A stretch of DNA of 63,368 nt, filler included, from Collodictyon triciliatum (taxonomy: Eukaryota): assembly GCA_043381765.1 (NCBI GenBank). It is 8 parts of 8 records of this genome, joined end to end, with 100 filler letters (N's around TTAATTAATTAA, not from the genome) between each part and the next. Parts side by side here need not be neighbours in the genome. Positions count along the whole stretch, not along the records: positions 9,374 to 18,646 come from JBHJMP010003097.1; positions 18,747 to 28,018 come from JBHJMP010003098.1; 6 more parts are not named here. One strand, given 5' to 3'. A program made the translations under genes and the position numbers. Shown here in pieces: positions 12,801 to 26,208 of this stretch. Each line of letters opens with the position of its first letter. Within the stretch, counting starts at the first letter, position 1. The notes below the pieces were generated by a model, which did not search any database, was not told where the DNA came from, and saw nothing but the letters and a program-made list of their open reading frames with translations.

Positions 12801-15800
12801 NNNNNNNNNNNNNNNNNNNNNNNNNNNNNNNNNNNNNNNNNNNNNNNNNNNNNNNNNNNNNNNNNNNNNNNNNNNNNNNNNNNNNNNNNNNNNNNNNNNN
12901 NNNNNNNNNNNNNNNNNNNNNNNNNNNNNNNNNNNNNNNNNNNNNNNNNNNNNNNNNNNNNNNNNNNNNNNNNNNNNNNNNNNNNNNNNNNNNNNNNNNN
13001 NNNNNNNNNNNNNNNNNNNNNNNNNNNNNNNNNNNNNNNNNNNNNNNNNNNNNNNNNNNNNNNNNNNNNNNNNNNNNNNNNNNNNNNNNNNNNNNNNNNN
13101 NNNGAAAAAGAAGAAAAAGAAGAAAAAGAAGAAAAAGAAGAAAAAGAAGAAAAAGAAGAAAAAGAAGAAAAAGAAGAAAAAGAAGAAAAAGAAGAACAAG
13201 AAAAAGAAAGTGTAAAACCTCCTTCCAGCATCCGTTCTTGCGAAGATGTTCGATGGCCTCGTTATGTAGATCGATAGCAGATAGATACTTGCCCAACTGA
13301 ATCTTATCAGGAACAGCGTTGGCTTTCTGATACTCATCGAAACGTTTCTGAAGAACAGGGTATCTAATTTTGGAAAAAAAACCTTAATTGAGTATTTTTT
13401 TAAAATGCCACGCTATATTTATAGATGCTGGAATGGAAAAAGAATCATACCGAAAAAGATTAATTGGAGATGGTATTGCCTGGCGAAAAGCGGATTTTAC
13501 CCAATTCTGGATAACCTCAAATTCCAAATCGCCGTCTTGGTACAATTAAATTCAATCAATACCGAATCAAAATGTACTAATCAGAGATACATCAGAAGTA
13601 GTAGAGTCGTTGAATGATAGATTACCATTGCAGACAGCTGTGGGTGGAATAATGTAAACTACTTTTGACTTTTTGTTGTTCAGGAAGGAGAATAAAACTG
13701 CGGTGAGGTACGCGATGCAGTTCTTTTTTGTTTTTGGATTTTCTGGAAGGCTGATATATATTTTAGTTTGGCCTCAACCGAAAGGCAGCGTCAAATTCAT
13801 AAAGTAATCGATACACAAGTAATAAAGACGAGTTTTGAACTGGTTTTGTTATCTTACACGTTCAGCGAGTTCACAAGGTCGATGGCATGGGCAAACTTTC
13901 CTGTCACACAGTACAGGGAAATAAGAGAAAGCAGACCAGCTGATTGAGCCTGTTCACCGATATTTCGAAAATACCATACAAAAGGCGAGGTTCAGTATAG
14001 TTTCTGAGAGTGAATATAAATGCCGTGAATTTGTAGAGGTTGCCTGTTTGTATGACGCAGCTGCTTCACTCATCGATTGGCGCATAAATGCCAAGTGCCC
14101 TTCAAAAACTGGGTTACTTGTTGAGTCCAGAGCGCAGTTGGACTTTAAGAAAATAGAAATAGTTTCGACTCTGAGTGAAAATGTAAAATACATGTAGAAA
14201 GAATTTTTCTTCTTATATTTTTTTGTTGGAAATTCATCAGTATGATACGAATAGACAAATTCAGATGTTCTAGAGTAAGTTACTTTCGTTTGTTGAGGTA
14301 TGGGCCCCAAAATATTGTCCACCATCAACGCTAGTGATATATTCATGTCTATATTTTCTCCGTTTCTGATTTAATATGGAAAAGAAATAAGTAAATGAAA
14401 ATTTTGCTTTAAACTCTTGCCTTATTTTTTTCTTTAGAATCTAATCAAAGAATTGTGATAATTATTATTTTTTGGCACGATGAGGTAGTAAGTAATAGAA
14501 TACCCCATCATCAATCGAGATGTAAGAAGTGACCGAGAGCGCAGTTGCTGATACTGTCGCTTGAAGAAAATCAGACGTCCTTTTTCTCCATATCTGCATA
14601 ATGTGGTTTATGAATAATTCACCATACATTGGATGCATAATGGGAATTTCATATTCAACTATAGAATATGTCTGAATAGTAACGATAGTATAGTTTTGGT
14701 TCACATTTTGGCCAAGTTGAGCCTCCCATATTCAAGGACATGGACTGCAAGACGGTACTGCCTATGGGCGATGAATGAAGCTGGGCCATTTCCATTTTTT
14801 CAGTCATCAGGTAAAATCAAACAGTTATTTACAGGTGGCGGATGGATGATAATAAATGAAATCTTACAAAACACAGCGATGATGTACTCAATAGAATATG
14901 GTCTTCGGTCAAGAAAGCTTTTGTTCCAACAGAGCGAAACCAAACACAAATGAAAGACACGAAAAATATCCAAGAACGATGAGAATTGCGGAATTTCGGT
15001 CCAAACGGCCATCTAAATGTAAAATGGTATGTAAACGATGAAATAGTAAAATAGTATTATTTTAAAAACGTTTCGTCAAATACTTTATCGCCCTCTAACC
15101 TTATCGAAAGCTAAATCTTTTAAACGGGCGATTAAATGGTCGGTGTGAACAAAGAGATGTGGAGATGGATGCGATATTGATATCCGCCAAGGAATTGTGA
15201 CGAGAGCGTTGGAATCTAAAAGATTGAATCTTGAAAAATCGGCAAGAATAAAATTGGTTCTCACTCACACCACATATATACTTTGCAAAAGTTATCCATA
15301 CTTATTGATAATCTACATGAAATATTTCTTGAAAAAATATAGTTATCTTGTGAGAAAAAGCGCTCGTACTTTTAAGTGGATCTTTCATGACTTGAGTGTA
15401 TGAGATATTTGTAAACTACATGAATTCACCATCAAACATAAATGTAAGTCTTGCTGGTTTAGATACTTGATCTTTTTGAAACTCAAAATTTAAAATCATA
15501 GTCGTTGCTTCGCTGTTTTTATGCAATATTAAGTAGCATTCATAGGCATAAAAGCAACCGACCTGATAAATCCTATTGAAATATCCATCTGTGCAGAGAA
15601 TTTGTGGCAAAACAGGATGAAATGCGATGTAGCACTGCACAGTAATACCCCATATTTGTAAATGATACATCTATATAACAATAGATTTCATGATTACTGT
15701 GCTTAAAGATATCTTTCGACCCACCTTGGAGTAATCTTCGTTTGCAGCCTTTGCTTGGCCTTCGATGTTTGGTATAGTTGAAATATAAAAGTTGGATGGA

Positions 15801-18059
15801 CCGCCCATTCGCATGCCGATCGGATGGCCCAGTCGAGACAGAATAATCAGAAAACCTGATATCAACACACTTTTTGTTTGGCTTTTCACTTCAATTTGTT
15901 ATCATAGTAAAATAAAATAAAATAAAATAAAATAAAATAAAATAAAATAAAATAAAATAAAATAAAATAAAATAAAATAAAATAAAATAAAATAAAATAA
16001 AATAAAACAAGATAAAACAAGATAAAACAAGATAAAACAAGATAAAACAAGATAAAACAAGATAAAACAAGATAAAACAAGATAAAACAAGATAAAACAA
16101 GATAAAACAAGATAAAGTAATGTAAAGGCATCTCAACCATCGTATGTAACCGCCGAAAAAAACAATCCATCAAGGCTCCACGAAGCATCCGTAAAAATGC
16201 TGGTCAAACATAGATTCAATCAGAAAAAAAAGGTCAAATATTCTTTAAAAATTTCTGTCACACATGCAAATATACTCAAAGCCGATGTGTTTGTCATACT
16301 AGTTGGGCAAATCTTCCGCTGGGTGGTGGTCAAAATATGTGGATAGATACTGCGATATGCGAAGCATCGTTAATATTATCTTAATTTTCGTTCAGATTTA
16401 TTAGAAACGTAGAGAAAAACGTAAATAAGAGGAGAATGAGGCGCTTACTCTCTTCATATTAATACAAATTCCGTTTTCGTGGGAAGTAGAGAGGAAGAAA
16501 ATCTTAATGTCCTTGGACTTGTTCCCGTTCAAAACAGCTGCAAGAACAGAGCCAGTTGGATCCCAGCGTATCAAAAGCGGATAATCTGATGTCAGCATTA
16601 CCTGCAATGCCGATACTGAGTGAACAAAAAGCGCATCGGAATCAGATTGCATTAATATAAAATACCATAAAATACCATAAAATACCATAAAATACCATAA
16701 AATACCATAAAATACCATAAAATACCATAAAATACCATAAAATACCATAAAATACCATAAAAGAGAATGCAACATATGAAATGAAATAAAGTAAAAATAA
16801 TACTAATGTTTACTTATATTCAAATAGATGGCAAAAAAAGCGACCTGAATATCAGTTTGTGGAGGAGTCTTTGCTCGGAGAGGTCTTGAATCAAAGGTTA
16901 AAGAACTGAAGCTTCCTTTTCTCGCCATTGGGGATGGTGGCCGAGTGGATTTTATTTGTGGTAGAGACTGTGCAACATCATGTTCATTTGGCACAACGTA
17001 CGTCCGGAACCGACATCCTGTCTGGAATATATCAAAATCCCTCTGCGGCTGACTGCCTTCGTATTCTGGCTGGCTCAAGAGTTGATCGAAATTGATAGTC
17101 ATGTGGTATGACCGAAAAACACGTCTTTTCATGAAGTCTATCTCGATGATTGCATGCGAAATGTGACAACCACTCCCTCGAATCTAATTCAACAAAACAC
17201 ATGTTTGTGTGAGGGAGAGAGGATGGAGAGAGATACAAAGATAAAAATATGTTCTGCTGATCTGCTCACACTTACATTATCACGAAAAAATACAGCGTTT
17301 AGATTAGAACGATTGGTCAGAAGTGAGAGAGACAATAGTTTGTCATCCAACTGATGCCATTCAACAGACCCTGGAAGGATACATAAATGGAGAGAAACCA
17401 GGAAATTCAGTATATGTACCACTTTGCATCGAATTTTATGCGGCAATTGTTCAAATATAAGAGGGAATATCACCGTTTGGTTTCTTTAAATCAAAACCCA
17501 GGTTTTCATACCAGCATAATCAACAGCTTTGTTGTGGAGATGCGAAACAAACAAATTCAGCTTTGATGAAAACACAATGATGGCCTCGCCATTGCTGGAC
17601 AGAAACATTTCTCGAAAAGCTGTTTTTCCCAACAAGAAAAAGAGACACAAAAGTATGAAAACAAATACACGAGTCAATACACTTACAATTGATTCCTTCT
17701 AAGAAAAGCCATGTTACTCCATCAAAAAGAAAAAGGGTAAATTAAAAATTAAAGGACATAATGTGCATACATATATATGCAAACATAAGTATGTCAATAT
17801 TTTAAGTAATGATTCGCGGGTAACTGGATAAGTCACTATAAAATCATTTCGAACTTTCTGAGACTTCGTTGCTGAGAATGCGTCGGTGCCTTCGATCTTC
17901 GTCCTGCTTTCTCAAGAACGGCCCGTTTATGTGCAAAACTTTTTCATTCTTTCGATTCCAAAGACATATGTATCCGTTGTTGAGTCCGAGAGCAATATAC
18001 TCACCTAGTCAAGCAGAAAAGCATATGTATGCTTATTTATTCGTCATTCTAGAATACTA

Positions 18060-18109
<50 letters not shown>

Positions 18110-18400
18110 TTTTTGGTATCAGGGCTTTGTTTCGGTTATCATGCAATCGATGAAAATGATAATTAAAATGAAAGAAAAAATACGCTCAAACTGCGTGGAA
18201 GGTTCTAGCAAGGTTTGCCATATATTCTTACCACAAGGAGATATGCAAGTCGCCTGTATTCGAGAGCTGCTTTCGGCCAAATCAAGCTCGGGAATCCCTT
18301 TGTGATACTTGTGCTTCATGATTTCGTGCAACCGCGTTTTCTCCAGATAAACAGGCACGTGTGTATCGGCCAAAAATGAATTGTCCTGGACGGGTATCAT
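9834..18400 (-). CDS. CPLANE1: CPLANE1 (C5orf42/JBTS17)-like WD40 plus helical ciliogenesis protein; more than 20 exons, 3' end truncated
   Basis: Colinear motifs recalled from CPLANE1: CISPCGEYIALGLNNGYICLWN; MFLSSNGEAIIVFS; WHQL...LNAVFF; WDPTGSVLAAVLN...KIFFLST; DASWSLDGLFFSAV...LIILSRLG; IAFHPVLPQILCTDGY. ATG at 18400. Confidence 0.7.
15908..16116 (+). repeat. (TAAAA)n/(CAAGATAAAA)n intronic tandem repeat
   Basis: Directly visible. A similar (AATACCATAA)n array lies at 16661-16760. Confidence 0.95.
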
Positions 18401-18746
18401 TCAATTCAGTCGAATCACTGGAAAAAAATAAACAACTACATCTACAACTACAACTACAACTACAACTACAACTACAACTACAACTACAACTACAACTACA
18501 ACTACAACTACAACTACAACTACAACTACAACTACAACTACAACTACAACCACAACCATTACAATTACAATAGAGTAAATAGATTTCGGAAGAGCTGAGA
18601 AAAGGAAGATACGGGCTAGATTAACCAGATATTGTGAGGCTAATACNNNNNNNNNNNNNNNNNNNNNNNNNNNNNNNNNNNNNNNNNNNNTTAATTAATT
18701 AANNNNNNNNNNNNNNNNNNNNNNNNNNNNNNNNNNNNNNNNNNNN

Positions 18747-19160
18747 GTTTTGTTTTGTTTTGTTTTGTTTTGTTTTGTTTTGTTTTGTTTTGTTTTGTTT
18801 TGTTTTGTTTTGTTTTGTTTTGTTTTGTTTTGTTTTGTTTTGTTTTGTGTTGTTTTGTGTTGTTTTGTGTTGTTTTGTGTTGTGTTGTTTTGTGTTGTTT
18901 TGTGTTGTGTTGTTTTGTTTTGTGCTGTGTTGTTTTGTGTTGTGTTGTGTTGTTTTGTGTTGTGTTGTTTTGTGTTGTGTTGTTTTGTGTTGTTTTGTGT
19001 TGTGTTGTTTTGTGCTGTGTTGTTTTGTGTTGTGTTGTTTTGTGTTGTGTTGTGTTGTTTTGTGTTGTGTTGTTTTGTGTTGTGTTGTTTTGTGTTGTGT
19101 TGTTTTGTGTTGTGTTGTTTTGTGTTGTGTTGTTTTGTGTTGTGTTGTTTTGTTGTGTTT
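18747..19160 (+). repeat. (GTTTT/GTGTT)n microsatellite
   Basis: Directly visible at contig start. Confidence 0.95.
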
Positions 19161-20918
19161 CTTGTGCAGGGTCTGATAGTGTCCGAGGGAACTCACAAGT
19201 CACCGAAGCCAAAGATGTCTCCATCGAAGGCTGGGCCTCCTTGATCAGGATGCTGAGGATGAGACATTCGCAGAGGTGACTGTGCTTCTAGGGGAGTAGT
19301 AAGTGAGTAGAAGTGGAATAGTAAGTGCTGCTCTCTTTGTCGCGAGATTGTGTTCAACCCGCAGTATGCGAAGCACTTTCTGAGGTCGGATGGATCTAGA
19401 ATAGTTCTTTTGTATGTTTGGTTGTTTTAGAATTTGCCCCCATAGGAGGGTTCGCGATTGATCTTTTCAGTTTTTCCTCTTTTTTTTTCGTTTTTTTCTT
19501 CCTTTTTTTCCAAAGGAACGAGAAAGCAGCGAGGAAGAGTGGCAAGGCGGAAAGCTCAGTCACAGCCCAGTCGACTTAGAATAGGATGGTCTGTGCATAA
19601 GCTGAGGCCTTTTCACCCTCCACAGCGATCACTTAGTCTCTGCCTTGAGGCAAGCGCGAGTATATTGTAGCAGCCCGGTTGAGACCCTTTCGGGGTGGAC
19701 TTTTCTGTGATTATTTCCTGATGGGCTGTGGTTTCTTTGTTGGATTCGCCTCGCTCCAGAGCTGTGATTCTGACGGTTTGGGTGTCTCTTGCGAAGCAGC
19801 CTCGAAGGGAAGGCTTGGTTTTGCTGTTACTGCCAATCCAACCAAAGAGACCGAAGAAACACACAAACGCACACCAATGACACTGCACAAATTTGTATCA
19901 GATACATTGAATGTTTTAGTCCCGTTACCGTACCTGAGGTGAATTTGTTCCGCTCCGACGAATTATTTGCGCGTCAGTCCCCCATGAGGCTAATGTCGTT
20001 TTGTATTTGATTACAAATTGTTGAAGTACAACACACGAGCACAAACGCACCCCACCGACGGATTTGGCGTCTGCTTCAAATTATTTGATAATAAAATCTC
20101 TGTTTTTTAGGAAAACCACGTCGTTTGGGTAAAAGAGTACGCGCGACTATTGTTATTTTTTTAAAAAAAAAACGCCATCCGTCCTTCCTCGGGACATTAC
20201 GGATTGGGCTCCTGTCTATGCCGAAAGTGGGGCAAAGGCGAGGAGGCTGCTCTGCCGAGGCTCGCAATTCTGAAGAAAAGAATAGCCAACTCCAGACAAG
20301 GGCAGGAGCGACTTGCGCCTGGTGCTTCGTATTGGCCCAACCCAAGAGAATTTAACAAAATCAACCCCATGTTCGAGGCGGAAGCTTTTGGAGAGGCAGG
20401 GTCGACGCTTTCTGCAGCCAAAAGTGCGCCACCGAATCACCTTCCGCAAAACAGAAACGGTTGTGGTGTGGTCGAGGAAATTACAAAAAGAGTATTTCCT
20501 TCTTGGTGCACAAAATATTTTAATGTGGAATATAATAATAATTACTATTGAAAAATATTAAGCCATTATTATCTTTAAATTACATAAAAATATTGATTAA
20601 AATGTCATGTATACATAGTTCAGGTTAAAATTTAGGCTAATTCTTCCGTCGCGAAATTGATCCGCTGTCATTCACACTGCTTGAAAGCTCACGGGTGATA
20701 AAAAGGCCACCACGCAGCACCATCTAAATCATAAGGGCGCCGCTGCTCCTGGGGTGCGGGGCGGGCTGTTGCCAGAGGTGGCGAATCAATAGGCAGCTGA
20801 AGCGGAATTCAGCAAACAAGGGCCTCTAGCACGTGACAACTCTGATACAGTGGAATTACCTCTACTCAAAGAAGTGACCCACTAACCTTGTCGTAGTAAC
20901 AACAAGAGCGAAAGCATA

Positions 20919-21926
20919 ATGAGTGAGCCCGTGCAAATCCCAAAGGTAAAACATCCCTTCTGATCTCCAACAAAGTTCCTTCAAACCCGGCATTGCCCAA
21001 CCTTTTTTTTTTAATCTTCTAAGTAGCACGTCTCATTTCTCTCACATATATATACTATCGCTCATTCTTGCCTGTTTCTTTGCTGCGCGGCGTGATTATT
21101 GTTGGGGCAAGAACTGAATGTTTCTAACGGAACTGGCCAGGTCACCTCGAAAGATGCTTACGGGCTACTTCAGAGCACGCCCAGCGCGCAGCTGGTTGAT
21201 GTCCGCACGCCGTACGAGCGCTTCTTTGTGGGGGCTCCCGATCTGTCTGCCCTCGGCAAAGGTCCGCTACATTCTCCAGAGCCCTCTGTTGGTCTGTCTC
21301 TGTTTCTAACTGCTCCACACTCTGAACCTGCACACACAGAGCCCATCAACATCCCGCTGAAGGAGTACAATGCCGAGACAAGCAGCTTCGCAAGCATCCC
21401 GACATTTGTCGAGGCTATTGAGTGAGCCACTTATTTTGATTGCTAAAACTTTCCTTGCACTATGACAATGCTTTAGGCATGCAACATAATCTTCTCTCCT
21501 TCGTTCTATTAAGCTTGCCACTTTTCAGTATTCGCCAACTTACTAACATCAACCTCTTTCTGTTCTTTTGCACAGGGCCAAAGTTCCCGAGAAGGACACC
21601 CCACTGTACTTTATCTGCCGAGCAGGTATGTGGCTTTTTGTCACTTTTCGCGACTTAGTCTTTGGCTTCAAAGTATTTGCGTTTACTTCGCTTGTTTTCA
21701 TTTTTCTCGCGCTCGCGACACAACACACATAACTCAATTAACCGACTGTTCCAAAGGTGGCCGCTCCACTGAAGGCGCTCGCTTGATGCACGCTCGTGGA
21801 TACACCAATCTTTTTGACGTCACTGACGGTTTTGAAGGCCCCTTCATCAACCCTGAATCGTGCAAGCAGCGCCGCACAGCCCAGGGCTGGAAAAACACCC
21901 CTGAGTGCCCCTGGAAGCAGTCCTAA
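20919..21926 (+). CDS. Single-domain rhodanese (sulfurtransferase), proteobacterial RHOD_1-type; 5 coding exons
   Basis: MSEPVQIPK|VTSKDAYGLLQSTPSAQLVDVRTPYERFFVGAPDLSALGK|EPINIP...IE|AKVPEKDTPLYFICRA|GGRS...GYTNLFDVTDGFEG...GWK...PWKQS*. Active-site loop CRAGGRS. Confidence 0.9.
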
Positions 21927-22002
21927 GTCTTCAGGAAAATGACTTCGTACATTCGAACCGTGAAAAGGCAAATTACACGTCCAACTTCATCCAAATGAAA
22001 AT

Positions 22003-22092
22003 AAATTGAAGCAGAATTGCCAACATCCTCATCCTGCACAAAATTGAAAGGAAGAATAAGAATAGAAAAATAAAATAAAATCGAAGCAGAAT
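22003..22092 (+). mobile_element. Micro-retroposon copy B
   Basis: GCCAACATCCTCATCCTGCACAAAATTGAAAGGAAGAAT plus A-rich tail. Direct repeat AAAT(T/C)GAAGCAGAAT at 22003-22017 and 22078-22092. Confidence 0.8.
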
Positions 22093-23044
22093 AAAATCCA
22101 GATGAACACATCGTTGCCGGATATTTAGCTATTTCCATCCACTGCATTCGATTGGAATTCAAGGTATACCGCCCTCAGGGGTGGTTTGTGGGTGTGGATT
22201 GGCACAAAGAGGCGTTCTTATTGCAAACCATTGGCATACCTATTCGTAAAGTAATCAGCGGCAACAAGTCGGTTGGGCGAGTCACCGGGTGAACTTGCCA
22301 GATCTCAAGACTCGAATCAGCATATACAAGCAGCCATGTGATATACGCAGTGGATTTGGGATTGTCAAGGAGCGAACTGACGTAAAGACACCTCTTGTGT
22401 TCCTGTGCGTCCATTAGTATATGGACTTTTTGTAATGGGAATACTAATACCCTCCTATCTTGCTAATACCGACCAAAAACTTTTCAATAGGGCTCCCTCA
22501 CGCACACACCACCATGTCGTGTTTGCAATGTGGTAATATACGCCGCTACCACTTTGCGCACGATCGCTTTTCTGAAAAGGCGGAATAGGGGACTGAACAC
22601 CAACCTGCCGCCCTTCATCACGCAGAATCCATAATACTGGCTTGTAGCCTCTACTAACGACTATATACGCTTCTGGAAAATAAAGAACCGGGCAGCCAAA
22701 CCATGCGCTTTGGGTGTTCACCGCGTCCTCGGACACATCACGAAACTTTTTGGCTTACTCAGAATCTCTTGTACCAGAGGGTAGCACGAGAAAGTCACAG
22801 AGCTGTTATTAGCTTTGGTGTTGTGTGGTTGAGGAAAAATAGAAAAGAAAGAAAGAAAGAGGACGCCAATCCAACATAACAAATGTAACGCATTGATCCA
22901 ATCAAACAAGACTTTGTCCAGAATCATCCCTTTGTGCTTGATTCGGCTCCTCACGGCCTTCCTTTTTCTTGTTTCAAAGCAAATAGTTCACTTACACTCC
23001 TCCTCTCTCTTCTATTTGAACTTGCATAGCCAGAAAATCAGCAA

Positions 23045-25896
23045 ATGATGGGCTCGAACCGTCTGTGTGCGGCCCTGGTGGTTTTTGCCGCTGTGACTTT
23101 TACACTTATCCCTGAGTCAATTGCATCCATCGAAAAGTTCAGTGTAACTTCCGACGAAAGAAACAAGTTTTATATAGGCCAGTTCGGATATCGTGTTGGT
23201 GGGGAGTTTCACATTCAAGTATCTGATTTTCGCGTAAGAGCCTCGCACGATATAGCAGTATTGGGCCGACAAAATTGCCCTTTAATCTTTCGTCTTACGC
23301 TTTTTCTTACCTCTTACTTCTCTTCTAAATGCTTATTTATTTATTTAATTTATTTATGTATTTATTTATTTAATTTTGGTTTTGAATCATATTTGTTTTT
23401 TGTTTTTTTTACCCTCTTGTTTTTGATTTATGTATGGAATATTTGAAGAATAACGAAGCAATGAGTTTTTTTTTTATATGAAGAGGACAGAAAATGAATA
23501 CGTCAGAGAAATACTATTTTAAGTTGCTTTTACATCTAGATATCCAAGAGGGGGACATACACCCAAAGGCCACCCCGAATTGGTGTGATGGTGAAAAAGA
23601 GCCAGTCTGATGTGTCTGGGTTCCTGGAGCAAAACATAGAAATTCCTTGTCTATTTGACAAAATGGAATCAAAAGATATGGAAATATCCATGTTTTCGAA
23701 TCATACGAGCTCACAGTAAGCATGTCATAACGAAAGTGCTTTTAGTTATTTTGCCACATCTATGAATAACACTTCTTCGAATGGTTGACAGATCTCGCCT
23801 TTTTTTTTAACTTGATTTCAAATGAAAGGACACTCGACTACAAATTGATGAAGCACTCATTTGTTGTGCCCCAGAATCAAGAGGCTCTATATACATTCTA
23901 TTTTGTAAATTGTGAACCTTATTCCGAAGTTTCATACTCTGTAAGAATTTTATTTTTTGTTATTCGCATGACATTTCACCAACGCGTCCAATTTATTTGT
24001 TCATCGAAAACGGGGGTCTTCACAAAAAACAGATGCTCTTAAAAGCTTACAACCCTGGACCGGTATATTTATCATATGGAGAAGAGTTGCTTCCATCATT
24101 ATACTTTTCTGTGTCTCTAATTTACACAGCCGCACTGATTTTTTGGATTAGATATCTACTGTCATCGCAGTAAGTTCAGTGTCGTTTATTTATATATCAC
24201 ACTTAATATCCCGAAGGTCAGAATTCTCGTTTGGTTGTACAAGAAAAAACTATGGAAATATTTAACATCCTGCTTTGTATTATCTACAGGAAAAAAGTAT
24301 TTCTCATTCATTACATTATGGGGGTATTTCTTACGCTAAAGGCGTTGTCTACTTTCTTCCAATCAGTAAGTTTCTGTAATGTAATATCGAAAGGAGTCAA
24401 ACATGCTAATTCACCTTCAAATAATTATAAAGATATGCACCCTTACCTCCATGCTTTCGAGAAAAAAAATTACATAATCGTTTCTTAGATCACCATTAAT
24501 ACTTTAAGATTGTTTATCACCAAATTAAGTTGGAAGGGGATTCTTCCGGCTGGAACATACCTTTTTATATATTCGATTTGTATGTAAACACAAATTCAAT
24601 AGTTTTCTTTATTCTATCTTTCGGTTATATACTTAACAGAATATATTAATACTGTTGTGCGCTTACGTTTACATTTGTATACCTCGTGTAAATCTGATCA
24701 TACCTTTCCATCGGTTGTGCCGACAATAGCATGAAAGGCGTCATGGTTTTTGTTGTCATCATTCTAATCGGGACAGGATGGACCCTAATGAAATCCTTCT
24801 TCAGTGAGAGAGATAAAAGACTTATCATGGTGCTCTATATATTCTTTTTCTTGTCTACTTCGATTTCCGATATATGTCGTTATTAATATATGGAAATATT
24901 TTGGTTTCCAGAGTGAAAATGTGATGAATACATAACAAGCCAATTTATAGATTGTAATTCCCCTTCAAATCCTGGCAAACACGGCAATGGTCATAATTGA
25001 AGAAACGGCTCCAGGCTCTGAAGATTGGATGATTTGGGTTTCATGCTAAAATTTTTTTTTTTTAACATTTCAAGTATAATGTCAAAATAAAAAAAGCACA
25101 ATAAGTAAATAACGAATACATCATTGTATCATTTTTAATTTTTTCTTTATGTAAAACAGCGATTTGATTTTAATACACCCCCTTTCCTTAGTCTAACCTG
25201 CTTCGGTTTATTGATATTGTCTGCTGTGGTGCTGTGCTATTCCCGATTATTTGGTCCATCAAACATCTCCGAGAGGGCTCTGAAACAGATGGGAAGGCAA
25301 CAAAAAACATCGAGAGGTTAACACTTTTCCGCCAATTCTACATCATGGTTGTCTCGTACATTTACTTCACACGAATTATTAAGGTACATTCTGATAAGCG
25401 ACACTAAACATGCAATCTGAATCTAAATTGGATCTTCCATTTGTTATCTATTCATTTACTCCTTTTATTGTGTGCAAGATGAGAGGGTCCAGCCTTCGAT
25501 TAATTTGTTTCATATATCCCTGAGCTCAATTCACTCCCTGCTTTCCTCAGCACCATCTAAGTTTTCCCTTCATCGTGGCGTCGCTCAGAACCCAATTGCC
25601 CACTTACATCATATTAAGTAACATATCGCCATTATAGTACTTGCTTGATGCCACGCTGCCCTATCACTTGATTTGGCTCTCCACCTTCTTCTCCGAGGCG
25701 ACTACTTTCATCTTCAGTACACTCACAGGGTTTGTCCATTGTCCCAACCTGCGCTGCTGGCGATGGAATATTTATTTGTTTCCACGTCCCATCCAGGTAC
25801 CTCTTCCGCCCTGTGCCAGACAATCCATACCTGAAAGTGGATTCGGATGATGAAGGGGATGTCCCGATGAACGAGATGTCCGAACTTGATGCCTGA
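23045..25896 (+). CDS. GPR107: GPR107/GPR108 (LUSTR, lung seven-transmembrane receptor family); 11 exons
   Basis: Signal peptide; YTFYFVNC, YLSYGEELLPSLY, ILIGTGWTLMKSFFSERDK, VIPLQILAN, DIVCCGAVLFPIIWSIKHLRE...DGKA...LTLFRQFYIMVVSYIYFTRII, YLFRPVPDNPYL. Stop TGA 25894-25896. Confidence 0.93.
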
Positions 25897-26208
25897 GCCC
25901 TAACCTACCACGAGAGCGAACTTGCAACTGTTGAACCTCGGCTGTGTTCCTTTCTGCGAAAACGGCGGCGCGTATCCTCCTATATCTGTCTTTCTACGCC
26001 CAGCTTCATCCATCAAGATTCACCCTCCTAAACACCCACCAACCCCCACGAAAAATACATGAGATAGTGAGACGGAAGAGAAGGAATGAAAAAGTGCCCA
26101 TAGTGCTTAAGCTCTCTTCGAGTCCTGATAGTTTTATTTTATTGCCAGAAGAAACTTTTGGTGGCTGATGTATTCGCAATTACTATTTTCTGATGCAACC
26201 TTTCGTGC

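Noticed and set aside
19169-20560. Short ORFs and a possible terminal exon after the GTTTT repeat
   Set aside because: No recognisable domain or consistent gene model.
22160-22960. Minus-strand ORFs and a TGATGA C-box-like motif
   Set aside because: No D box at a suitable distance and no recognisable protein.
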